Translations under genes and position numbers: made by a program
NCBI RefSeq assembly: GCF_963921235.1
Contig: NC_086097.1
Span: forward strand, 219,358,001 to 219,422,000
DNA from: Mobula hypostoma
Lineage: Eukaryota
DNA length: 64,000 nucleotides
Direction of reading: 5' to 3'
Notes under the pieces: generated by a model
Seen by the model: the letters and a program-made list of their open reading frames with translations, nothing else
Told to the model about the DNA's origin: nothing
Databases searched by the model: none
In this document: piece by piece, positions 52,690 to 64,000 of the stretch
How positions within the stretch are numbered: the first letter of the stretch is position 1
Layout: every line of letters starts with the position of its first letter

Positions 52690-54885
52690 TTCAATACATC
52701 TCTCTCCAATTCCGACCTCAGTTCTTCTGAATGCTCTGCTCTCCACTCCCTCCACACTAATCCTAACCTCACCATCAAACCCACACATAAGGGGGGTGCT
52801 GTAGTAGTCTGGCGTGCTGACTTTTACTTTGCTGAGGCCCAGCGACAACTGTCAGACATCTCCTCTTACTTACCCCTCGAACAGGACCCCACCAAGGAGC
52901 ACCAGGCCATTGTCACCCACACCAACCTAATTAACTTTGGGGATCTCCCATCCACTACCACCAACCTCATAGTCCCCGCGTTCCGCACTTTCTATTTCTA
53001 AGACCTACCCAAGATCCACAAATCTGCTTGTGCAGGTAGACCCATTGTTTCTGCTTGTTCCTGCCCCACTGAACACATACCTGCATATCTTGACTCTGTT
53101 TTATCCCCCCCTAGTTCAGTCCATTCCTACCTACATCCGTGACATCTCACACACTCTGGATCTTTTCAATGATTTCAAGTTTCCTGGCCTCCATCCCTTA
53201 TTTTCACTATGGGTGTCCAGTCCCTATGCACCTCCTTTCCCCACCATGAAGGCCTCAAAGCTCTCCATTTCTTTTTGAATACCAGACCCAACCAGCTCCC
53301 CTCCACTACCACTCTTCTCCATCTAACAGAACTGGTCTCACTCTTGATAATTTCTCCTTTGGCTCCTCCCATTTCCTTCAAACAAAAGGTGTAGACATGG
53401 GTACTCGCATGGGTCCCAGCTACGCCTGTCTTTTTGTTGGCTAAGTTGAACAGTCTATGTACCAAGCCTACACTGGTGTCCATCCCCCAGTTTTCCTACG
53501 CTACATTGATGACTGCATTTGTGCTACTTCCTGCACCCATGTGGAGCTCAGTGACTTCATCAACTTTGCCTCCAACTTCCACCCTGCCCTCAAATTTACC
53601 TGGTCCATTTCCAACATCTCCCTACCTATTCTCGATCTCTCTGTCTCTGTTTGGAGAGAGCTTATCTACTGATGTCCATTATAAACCCATGGACTCTCAC
53701 AGCTACCTAGACTATACCTCTTCCCACCCTGTTACTTGTAAAAACACCATCCTCTTCTCTCAATTCCTTTGTCTCCATTGCATCTGCTCTCAGGATGAAG
53801 CTTTTCATTCCAGAATTAAGGAAATGTCCTCCTTTTTCAAAGAAAGGGGCTTCCCTTCCTCCACCATCAACAATGCTCTCTAACACATCTCTTCAATTTT
53901 ACGCACGTCTGCTCTCTCCCCATCCTCCCACCACCCTACCAGGAATAGTGTTCCTCTTGTCCTCAACTATCACTCCACCAGCCTCAGCGCCCAGCACATA
54001 ATTCTGCGGAACTTCTGCCATCTCCAACGGGATCCCCACCACCAAGCACATCTTCCCCTCCCCACACCTCCCCACTTTCTGCTTTCTGCAACGATCGTTC
54101 CTATGCAACTCCCTTGTCCAATCATCCCTCTCCACTGATCTCCCTCCTGGCCCTTATCATTCAGGGCCCCAAACAGTCCTTCCAGGTGAGGCAACACTTC
54201 ACCTGTGAATCTGTTAGGGTCATATACTGTGTCCAATGCTCCCGGTGTGGCCTCCTGTATATCAGTGAGACCCAATGTAGATTGGGACACTGCTTCGCCA
54301 AGCACCTATGTTCTGTCTGCCAGAAAAAGCGGGATCTTCCAGTGGCAACCCATTTTAATTCCACTTCCCATTCCCATTCCAACCTGTCAGTCCATGGCTT
54401 TGTCTACTGTCACAAAGAGGCCACACTCATGTTGAGGGACTATCACTTTATATTCCGTCAGAGCAATCAACAACCTCATGGCATGAACATCGATTTCTCG
54501 AACTTCCAGTAATGCCCCTCCCACCTTTCACCTTTCCCCATCTCTTTTTCCCTCTCTCACCTTACCTTCACCTCCCTCTGGTGCTTTAACCCCTCTTTTC
54601 TTTCTTCCACAGCCTTCTGCCCTCTCCTATTTGATTCTTCCTTCTCTGGCCCTGTATCTCTTTCACTAATCAATTTTCCAGTTCTTTACTTCATCCTTCC
54701 CCCTCCCGGTTTCACCTAACACTTTGTATTTCTCCCTTCACTCCCCACCTCTTAAATCTACTCCTCATCTTTTTTTTTTCTCCAGTCCTGCTGGAGGGTC
54801 TTGGCCTGAAACATCGACTGTACTCTTTTCCATAGATGCTGCCTGACCTGCTGAGTTCTTCCAGCATTTTGTGTGTGTTGCTTGG
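52690..54885 (+). mobile_element. Penelope-like retroelement (most of RT, GIY-YIG endonuclease, 3' pLTR), inactivated
   Basis: IKP..KGGAVVVWR, LPKIHK, FTMGVQSL.TS.PH, MGTRMGPSYA, FLRYIDD, YKP.DSHSYLDY, VIYCVQCSRCGLLYISET. Decayed hammerhead at 54783-54820. Confidence 0.93.
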
Positions 54886-54918
54886 TCCACTCTTGTCACC
54901 CATCAGATTCCTTCTTAG

Positions 54919-55198
54919 AAACACACATAAAAGTTGCAGGTTAACGCAGCAGGCCAGGCAGCATCTCTAGGAAGAGGTACAGTTGACGTTTTGGGCCGAA
55001 ACCCTTCATCAGGACTAACTGAAAGAAGAGCTTGTATCTCTTACTAGCTCTTCTTTCAGTTAGTTCTGACGAAAGGTCTCGGCCCGAAATGCCGACTGTA
55101 CCTCTTCCTAGAGATGCTGCCTCGCCTGCTGCGTTCACCAGCAACTTTTATGTGTGTTGCTTGAAATTCCAGCATTTGCAGATTTCCTCGTGTTTGCG
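54919..55198. mobile_element. PLE fold-back insertion with a hammerhead-like motif on each strand
   Basis: Inverted arms with a loop near 55032-55045. TSD AGATTCCTTCTTAG at 54905-54918 and 55199-55212. Confidence 0.9.
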
Positions 55199-55747
55199 AG
55201 ATTCCTTCTTAGTGCTGCCCTTCTGTGTTCACTCAGTGCTGCCCTCCAATGGTCACTCAGTGGAAGTGCAAGCTGAACATTCAGGGACATGGACTATATA
55301 TGTTTATCCATGTGTATGTTTTTCCAAAATCATAACCATATGTGCTGTTTGTGTAATGTGCTATGTGCAGTGTGTTGTGTGCTGCTGGTAATGTGTTTTG
55401 CACCCTGGCCTTGGAGAAATACTCTTTTGTTTTTTTATATTCATGTATGGCTGAATGATAATTAAACTTGAACTTGGTGATGGGTGTTCAGTGGTCTTCT
55501 AGCCTGGGAGAAGAAGCTGTTTTCCATCCTACCAATTCTCGTCATAAAGCTGTGGTACCTCCTGCCTAATGGTAGTGATTAATGAGATTATTGAAAGGAT
55601 GGGAGGGATCATTGACAATGCTAAGGGCCCTGTGTATGCAATGCTTCTGGTAAGTATCTCAGATGGGTGGAAGAGAGATCCTGATTATCCTTTTAGCAGT
55701 CTGCGCAATTCCTTATAGGAACTCATGGTCAGATGCCTTGCAATTCA

Positions 55748-57145
55748 TCACAAAGGTGGACAAAGGAGAGGCAGGGATTGTCATTTACTTAGATTTTCAG
55801 AAGGCATTTGATAAGGTGCCTCACATGAGGCTGCTTAACAGGATAAAATCCTATGGCGTTACAGGGAATATACTGGCATAGATAGAGGAATGGCTAACAG
55901 CCATGAGGCAGCAAGTAGGAATAAAGGGGGCCTTTTCTGGTTGGCTGCCAATGACCAGTGGTGTTCCTTAGTGGTCAGTATTGGGACCACTATTTTTCAC
56001 ATTGTCTGCCAATGATTTAGAAAATGGAATTGGTGGCTTTGATACGAAGATAGGTGGAGGGGTAGGTAGTGCTGAGAAAGCAATGCAATTGCAACAGGAC
56101 TTTGACAAATTGGAAGAATGGGCAAAAAAGTGGCAGGTGGAATACAGTGTTGGGAAATGTATGATAATGCATTTTGGTAAAAGGAACAATAGTGCGGACT
56201 ATTATCTAAATGGGGAGAAGATTCAAACATCAGAGGTGCAGAGGAACTTAGAAGTCCTCATGCAAGACTCTCAGAAGGTTAATATACAGGTTGAGTCTGT
56301 GGTAAAGAAGGCAAATGCAATGTTGGCATTTATTTCAAGGGGAATAGAATATAAAAGCAAGGAGATAATGCTGACACTATATAAGGCACTAGCTGGGCTG
56401 CACTTGGAGCATTTTCAACAGTTTTGGGCCCGATATCTCAGAAAGGATGTGTTGTCATTGGAGAGAGTCCAAAGGAGGTTTACGAGGATGATTCCAGGAA
56501 TGAAAGGGTTAACATATGAGGAGGGTTTGGTAGCTTTGGGCCTGTAGTCACTAGGATTTCAAAGAATGCATGGGGATCTCATTGAAATCTACCAGCTGTT
56601 GAAAGGACTAGATAGGGTGGATGTGGAGAAGATGTTTCCTGTGGTGGGGTATCCAGAATAGAAAAGAAGGAAGCCCTTAACTCTGAGTGGAGTCATCAGG
56701 ATGCTGTCATGATGATGTTTTTTTAGCAGGCTTTCTTATTTTGACAAGGCCGAGTTGCTAGCTTGATGCTCAACCCAGCACAGATGGAAAGCGTGCAAGG
56801 GAGCCAGGTGGATTCGAACTCGAGAGCCTTCACCCCGAAATTCGGCACCGATGTCACTAAGCCACCAGCCAGCTATCCAGAGTAGAAGTAAGGAGGAATT
56901 CTTTTAGCCTGAGAGTAGTGAATCCGTGGAATGCTCTGCCACAGACTGCGGTGGAGGCCAAGTCCGTGGGAATACTTAAGGCGGAAGTTGATAGCTTCCT
57001 GTTCGGTCAGAGCATCAAAGGATATGGCAAGTAGGCAGGAGTATGAGGTTGAGTGGGATATGGGATCAACCATGACGGAATGGCGGAGCAGATTCAATGG
57101 GCTGAATGGACTATTCTGCTGCTATGCCTTATGGTCTTGTGGTCT
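55748..57145 (+). mobile_element. CR1 RT fragment, inserted in a Rex1-like remnant
   Basis: IYLDFQKAFDKVPH and ORF 55981-56547. Confidence 0.88.
56664..56873 (-). mobile_element. tRNA-derived SINE
   Basis: Minus-strand A box TGGCTTAGTG and B box GAGTTCGAATCC. Flanked by TATCCAGA at 56650 and 56874. Confidence 0.75.
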
Positions 57146-58734
57146 AATTCCCTTAGCAGATGCAACTTGTCAGGACACTCAGCATGGTGCTCCAGTAAAA
57201 ATTGGTTAGGTTTTGGTGAGGGGGGTGTGGTTCTGGGGGAAGCCTTACTCACCTCAATCTCTTTGCAAGGTATATGGTTTCAGTGGCAAGTACAGACAGC
57301 AAGTACCTCTCAGGATTTTCAGGTCTTTGTACCCCTGGATGCACAACTGTCTGAGGCCGTGGATGAATTAATTACCTGTGCACCTTCAGGGCAATTCTTA
57401 AACTTAACTCTTTTGTGAGTAGAAGGGCATTCACAGACTTGCTTTTAGAACTTTTTAAGTGTCACCTTTTTAACAAATGCTTATAAGTAGTAAATAAATC
57501 CACATTCATTTTTAAAACTCATTTTCAATTATTTAAAAATAGAAGTGGTGAATGAAACATACTGATTAAAAATACATTATTGATTCTAGTTTTATTAATG
57601 AAGCAACAGCAAATGACCATATAACTCTTTAATGCAAAAATACGTTTTATTAAAAAACATAATTTCACTGCTTATAGCAGATCTAGTTGTAGTTTAATGG
57701 GAGTGAGTGAAAATTTAGAGGGAGGAATGTCCAAAGGCTTAGTTGGTTTTGAGCTCAGTTTGGACCTGGATTTCCAGTTGCGCCCAAAATGAAAAGCCTG
57801 GAACAGAACGTTCGTCGTAAGTATCCAAGGAGCAATGCAGATTAATGATGTTTGTGGGTAAATCTCAGTGTTATTACTGCTGAATTAGTATAATTGCATG
57901 TTAACCTTCCGTTGTCTACTTTCTGCCGAGAACCACCATTTAAGCATTCTCAGCATAGTATTTGTACCAAACGAGCTTTTACACCTATACCAACCAGAAT
58001 TCGTCCTTTAATCTTTGTAAAAACATGTATATTCTGTACTTTGAACTTCTTTTAGTTTTTAAAAATACCAATTTTCTACAATTTTCAACACAATTACAAA
58101 AAGAGAATGTAACGCAATTCTACCAATCATTCCCAGAAGGCATTAAGAACTAATACTATGTTACAGGTTTACTGCTCTGCTTGCCCACATAGTTCATTGA
58201 TATGACTGATTCTAAGGTCATAATCAGAGCTGACACAGGAAGTTTGAGACATAACTGGTTTAGGGTCAAAGACATTCATCAGGCTTGAACCCCAGCAAGG
58301 ATCGAATGAGGAAAACATAAGGCTGGAGTGACATATTTTATCTTAAGTATAACTTTATACATCAGAAAATGAAATTTAACATCCTAGTCTTTTGCTACAA
58401 GCTGAGTGCAGCATTTTGCATAGAAAATGTAAGCTGAACCAAACTCTCATTGCCTCAGAGTGTATTCTAAATGATTTATATTAACAGATCAAGTTCTATG
58501 TTTTCTAGTAATTGCCTATTATAGACCACCAGAAACAAAACAAATACAACTTTCTTTTCTCGCTCTCTCTGATAAAGTTAACTAATCTGCGGATTCTAAT
58601 CGGCTTTTGGAACAGTTGGAAGGTCATAATGTAGCCATAACCATTTTTATCTCATACAAACAAAAACTTTGTCAATATAAACCTAATAAGTTTCTGGGAA
58701 AGTTTTATGTACAAACGAGTGAAGATGAACTTTG

Positions 58735-59480
58735 GTAAGGAAGGCAAAGGCAATGAAAGCATTCAATGTGAGAGGTCTAGAATATACAAGCAAGGATGTA
58801 ATGCTGATGCTTTGTAAGGCATTGATTAGACCACATTTGTAGTATTGTAAACAGTTTTGGTCCCCATATGTGCTGGCATTGGAGAGGGTCCAGAGGAGGT
58901 TTATGAGAATGATTCCCTGAATGAAAGAGTTAGCATATGAGGAGTCTTTGATGGCTCTGGGCCTGTGCCCTCTGGAGTTCAGAGGAATGAGGGGTGACCG
59001 CTTTGAAACCTATCAAATATTAAAAGATAGATAGGGTGGATGTGTAGAGGATAGGGTGGATGTGTAGAGGATGTTTCCTATAGTGGGGGAGTCAAGGACC
59101 AGAGGGCCTAGCCTCAGAATAGAGGAGCATCCCTTTAGAACAGAGATGAGGAGGAATTTCTTTAGCCAGAGGGTAAATTCCACAGCATCTGTGGAAATTT
59201 TTTGCCACAGATGGCTATGGAGGCCAAGTCATTGGGTACATTTAAAGCAGAGGCTGATGGGTGCTTTATTGGTAAGGATGTCAAAGGTTATGGGAAGAAG
59301 GCAAGAGAATCGTGCTGAGAAGGATGGTAAACCAGCCATGATGGAATAGCGGATCAGACTCAATGGGCCGAATTGTCTAATCTTGCTTCTATGTCTTATG
59401 GACTATGATCAAATGGTGGAGCAGACAAGATGGCCCAAATAGCCTAATTCTGTTCCTACTTCTTATGGTTTATGACTTAT
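58735..59480 (+). mobile_element. CR1 3' fragment with duplicated tail
   Basis: MFPIVGESRTRG.SLRI..FFSQRV. Confidence 0.8.
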
Positions 59481-59989
59481 GTCTTTATAGATTTGGTGTG
59501 GTTTTCCTGCTTAATTCCTATATCCTCTTAGTTATAAAGAATAACTGCATTGCCCACTTTCAACTCAGCCTCTCCTTATCTGTTGATGACATTTGTGTTC
59601 ATAACTTGGTCATCCAGACTTAACTGCAATATTAACTGCTTCAATATTCAAAAGGCAGAACAATTCTGATGCTGGTAATCTGAATAAATACATAAAATAC
59701 TGGATAAATAAAAGCCAAAAATACAGGAACTATTCAGTAGGTCAGGAAGCATCCATGGAGAGCAACAAAGCTAATATTTTAATGTAAATAACCTTGTTTC
59801 AAAAACCTACACTGCTATGACATACCCCAACATCCCTTTCTCCTGCCACTACTCCTACTCCCAGCAAACCAAAGTCTCCCAACACCCCATAAATCTTTCC
59901 TCTAGTTCTGAAATTCTCACAGTAAACTACTCTGACTTTCTACCTGTAGTTCTTTCTTCAAGACGCTGCTTAAACTCCCTGACAACACT

Positions 59990-62280
59990 CTTAGACCACA
60001 AGACTGTAAGATATATGAGCAGAATTGGCTATTTGGCCCATCGAGCCTGTTCCACCATTTCATTCTAGGTGATCCAATTTTCTTCACAGCCCCAATCTTC
60101 TGCCTTCTCTTCACATCCCTTCATGTCCTGAGGAAATTCCTCTTCATCTCTGCTTTAAAAGGATGCCCCTCATTTCATCCATTTCAGAGGCTGTGTTCTC
60201 TGGACTCTCCCCCATAGGAAACATCCTCTGCACATCCACTCTATCAAGGCCTTTCACTTCTGAATTCCTGTCAATACAGGCTGAGAACCATCAAACACTC
60301 CTCAATCCTGGAATCATTTTTGTGAACCTCCTTCGAACCCTCTCCAGTTTCAGCTCATCCTTTCTAAGATAAGGGACCCAAACCTGCTCACAATACTCCA
60401 AGTGAGGCCTCACCAGTGCTTTATAAAGCCACAACATTACATCCTTGCTTTTATATCCTAGTCCTCTTGAAATGAATTCTAACATTGCATTCGCCTGCTT
60501 CACTATGAATTCAACCTGCAAGTTAACCTTTAGGAAACCCTGCACAGGGAGTCCCAAGTCCATTCGCACCTCAGTTTTTTGTATTTTCTCCCCATTTAGT
60601 AGTTGTCAACCCTTTCATTTCTTCTACCAAAGTGCATGACCATACACTTCTTGACACTGGATTCCATCTGCCATTTCTCTGCCCATTCTCCAGATCTGTC
60701 TAAGACCTTCTGTAGCCTCTCTACTTCCTCAAAACTACCTGCCCTGCCACCTATTTCATATCCTCTTCAAATTTTGCAACAATGTCATGAAGCCCATCAT
60801 CCAAATCATTGACATATAATGTAAAAAAGAACTGGTCCCAACAGGAACCCCTGTGGAACACCACAAATCATCAGCAGCCAGCCAGAAAAGACTCCCTTTA
60901 TTCCCACTCTTCCTCCTACCAATCAGCTAGTGCTTTATCCATGGTAGAATCCTCCTGTAAAACCATGGGCTTGTAGCTTGTTAAACAGCTTCATATATGG
61001 CTTATTTATCATGTGCCTCCAAATTATTCAGAGACCTCATCCTTAATTATCGATTCCAACATCTTCCCAAGCACTGAGGTCAGACTAACAGGCCTATAGT
61101 TTCCTTTCTTCTGCCTCTCTCCCTTCTTGGAGAGTGGAGTGACATTTACAATTTTCTATTCTTCTAGAACCATTCCAGAATCTAGTGATTCTAGAAAGAT
61201 CATTACTAATGCCTCCACAATCTCTTCATCCACCTCTTTCAGAACTCTGGTGTCTACACCATCTGGTCCAGGTGACTTATCTACCTTCAGACCTTTCAGT
61301 TTCCCAAGAACTTTCTCTCTAGTTATGATAACTTCACACACTTCATGCCCCCTGACACCTGGATCTTCCACCACTCTGCTAGTGTCTTCCACAGTGAAGA
61401 TTGATGCAAATACTTATTTAGTTCATCTGCTATTTTGTTGTTCCCCCATTGCTACCTCTCCAGCATCGTTTTCCAGTGGTCCAAAATCCACTCTCACCTC
61501 TCTCTTACACTTTATGTATCAGAAGCAACTTTTGGTATCCTCTTTAATATTATTGGCTAGCTTACATTCATATTCAATCTTTACATTCTTAATGACTTTT
61601 TTAATTGCCTTCTGGTGGTGTTTAAAAGCTTCCAAATCCTCTAATATCCCACTAATTTTTGCTCTATTATATGCCTTCTCTTTGACTTTTATGTTGGCTT
61701 TGACTTCTCTTGTTAGCCATGGTTGTGTCATCTTGCCTTTAGAATAGTTCTTCCTCTTTGTATATGTGTATATCCTGTGCCTTCCAAATTGCTTCCAGAA
61801 ATTCCAGCCATTTCTGCTCTGCCGTCTTCCCTGCCAGTGTTCTTTTCAAATCAATTCTGGCCAAATCCTCTCTCATGCCTCTGTAATTCCCTTTACTCCA
61901 CTGTAATACTGATACATCTGACTTTAGCATCTCCTTCTCAAATTTCAGGGTGAATTTGATCACATTATGATCATTTGATCCTGAGGGTTCTTTTACCTTA
62001 AGCTCTCTAATCAATTCTGGTAAATTGCACAACACCCAGTCCAGAATATCTGATCCCCTAGAGCGGTCAACCACAACCTGCTCTAAAAAGCCATCTTGTA
62101 GGAACACTAGAAATTCCCCCTCCTTTAATCTGACACGAACCTAACTTTCCCAATCTATCTGCATATTGAAGTCCCCCACAACTATTGTGACATTGCCCTT
62201 TTGGCATGCATTTTCCATCTCCTATTGTTACTTATAGACCACATACTTACTACTGTTTGGGAGTCTGCATACAACTTTTG
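59990..62280 (-). mobile_element. Degraded CR1 ORF2
   Basis: LVRPHLEYC, DKSPGPDG, QPWLTREVK. Same subfamily as 40645-43795. Confidence 0.88.
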
Positions 62281-63242
62281 TTAGGAATGGTTGTGACATT
62301 GCCACTAATCCTGATATCCCTTTGTTTAACACTGCCATTTTTAATGTGCTTAATCTGCTGTGGAAGTTCTTGATCTGGAAGGCCATATTATTGATAGATA
62401 TTAATGAAGTGGCAAACAGTATATAAAGGACAAACGTAGATGGAAAAAATGGGCCTTCAGTACCATTCAATGTGTTCTTTGTTCATAAATTAATACTACG
62501 GATTTCCTGTCACCAAATCCCTCAATCCTTTCTTTAACTTGAAATCTATCGAATAATATTTTAACACAAGTTTTTCTGTCTCTATGACCTTTTCAAATAT
62601 GTGTTACAGGTATTATGCTTTTAGTCTTCCTTAAAGCAAATTGTTTTAATCTGTATTGAACTGAACAAGAACAAAGTCCTCCCTTCTGATGTAAAGAATA
62701 TTGTGTTAAGAATGTTGACCAGACAATTTAGGAGGACACAGTCAAATAATATCCAGCAGTTTTAATACAAAAAGTTGAAATGAAGGTAGTAGAGAATTCT
62801 GGGCCATCTTCTGTACATCTATAAAATAAGCATTGATGAATAAAATGACATGCTATCTGCATGAGAGTGTACATGGGATAGAGATGCCCCAAACAAGGCA
62901 GCACTATATCAATCAATTTTCATAGAACGGAGGTGATAGGAAAGCAAGGAATGGTGGATCAAAAACAAACCTACAATAGATGAGTTATAACTGGCAAAAA
63001 CATGAAGCCCAACGTTGTCAATGACTTTTTACACAATCATTAGATCATGAATGAGCATGTTTGCTGATGTGGAAGAAAATTGCAAAGTTAAGATCAATTT
63101 GAGTTAAATGTTGTTGTCAAGTTTGTCTAGCTAGATATTGCTTCGGAGCTGGGTCATGAGGGCAACAGGATATGCTGCCTTGCTTGCGCAAGCTAACAAT
63201 AGTCAGGCATCGATCATGTCAGCAATGAGGTATTGTTAAGAA

Positions 63243-63710
63243 TGTAAGAACATAAGAATCTGGCCCATCAAGCATGCTCCACCATTCAATAAGATCATGG
63301 CTGATCTGGCCATGGACTCATCTCCACCTAGCTGCCTTTTCTCCATAACCCTTAATTCCCCTGTGTGGCATGTGACCATGTGGTTAGGGTATTGGGCTCA
63401 TGATCTGAAGGTCGTGGATTTGAGTCTCGGCTAAGGCAGCGTGTTGTGTCTTTGAGCAAGGCACTTAACCACACACTGCTCCAGTCCACCCAGCTGAAAA
63501 TGGGTACCAGCAAATGCTGGGGGTTAACCTCACTATAGACTGGCATCCCATCCGGGGGTGGTGGTGGGGGAGTCTCGTACTCTCAGTCGCTTCACGCCAC
63601 AGAAACTGACATAAGCACCGACCTGATGGGCCACAAGGCTCGGGACAGACTTTAACTTTAACTTAATTCCCCTACTATGCAAAAATCTAACCAACCTTGT
63701 CTAAAATATC
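63243..63710 (-). mobile_element. CR1 3' tail hosting a SINE and a PLE palindrome
   Basis: Matches 14240-14415. Confidence 0.8.
63363..63661 (+). mobile_element. tRNA-derived CORE-type SINE
   Basis: tRNA-like head, CORE-like gtgtctttgagcaaggcacttaacc...gctgaaaatggg, (ACTTTA)n tail. TSD CTTAATTCCCCT at 63351-63362 and 63662-63673. Confidence 0.8.
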
Positions 63711-63774
63711 AGCAACATGCATCAAAGTTGCTGGTGAACGCAGCAGGCCAAGCAGCATCTATAGGAAGAGGCGC

Positions 63775-63810
63775 AGTCGACGTTTCAGGCTGAGACCCTT
63801 CGTCAGGACT
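63775..63810 (-). ncRNA. Putative minimal type I hammerhead ribozyme (mirror copy)
   Basis: Exact reverse complement of 63884-63919. Confidence 0.7.
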
Positions 63811-63883
63811 AACTGAAGGAAGAGTGAGTAAGGGATTTGAAAGCTGGAGGCTTTCAAATCCCTTACTCACTCTTCCTTCAGTT

Positions 63884-63919
63884 AGTCCTGACGAAGGGTC
63901 TCAGCCTGAAACGTCGACT
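63884..63919 (+). ncRNA. Putative minimal type I hammerhead ribozyme
   Basis: AGTC-CTGACGA-AGGGTCTCAGCCT-GAAAC-GTC-GACT. Stem I AGTC/GACT, stem II AGG/CCT, palindromic ACGT stem III. Confidence 0.7.
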
Positions 63920-64000
63920 GCGCCTCTTCCTATAGATGCTGCTTGGCCTGCTGCGTTCACCAGCAACTTTGATGTATGTTGCTTGAATTTCCAGCATCTG

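Larger units (their letters stand above)
63711..64000. mobile_element. Very young PLE palindrome (134-bp arms, 5-nt loop), runs off the window end
   Basis: Arms 63711-63844 and 63850-63983 have one mismatch. Confidence 0.95.

Noticed and set aside
56790..56873. tRNA gene
   Set aside because: A and B boxes are present, but there is no proper cloverleaf and it continues into a SINE body inserted in a CR1.
59030..59072. 20-bp tandem duplication in a CR1
   Set aside because: An ordinary local slippage event in a dead element.
63595..63650. GAAAC...CTGATGG in the SINE tail as a type II hammerhead
   Set aside because: The core is CTGATGG rather than CTGANGA, and stems I and III cannot be formed convincingly.
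757..64000. Treating the inverted-repeat inserts as DNA-transposon MITEs or CRISPR-like repeats
   Set aside because: The arms are the 3' end of Penelope retroelements, TSD lengths vary, the ends are asymmetric, and there is no spacer array or cas gene in this eukaryotic DNA.

Overview
This is non-coding, repeat-dense eukaryotic DNA. The repeat complement (CR1, Rex1/Babar-like, Penelope, HE1-like SINE) suggests a cartilaginous fish, probably a ray; this is inference. No host gene could be identified. Nearly all long ORFs in the track are decayed retroelements or their antisense shadows. A large share of the window is nested transposons: many CR1 LINEs (one near full-length), Rex1-like LINEs, Penelope-like elements (PLEs), tRNA-derived SINEs, an L1-like 3' end, a Gypsy gag remnant, an internally deleted Chapaev3-like DNA transposon and a Harbinger-type MITE. 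The standout signal is a minimal type I hammerhead-ribozyme motif (CTGAyGA-stem II-GAAACGTC) at the PLE 3' end, present in about 12 intact or decayed copies. Five PLE insertions are fold-back (inverted-repeat) structures, four with 9-15 bp target-site duplications, and one is an almost perfect 134-bp-arm palindrome with a ribozyme motif on each strand. In the unique DNA there is a candidate microexon, a candidate recursive splice site and an enhancer-like TCF/PBX-MEIS cluster, which would fit a very long intron of a + strand gene. Repeat boundaries were read by eye and are approximate unless a TSD is quoted; family names come from motif recognition, not database searches.
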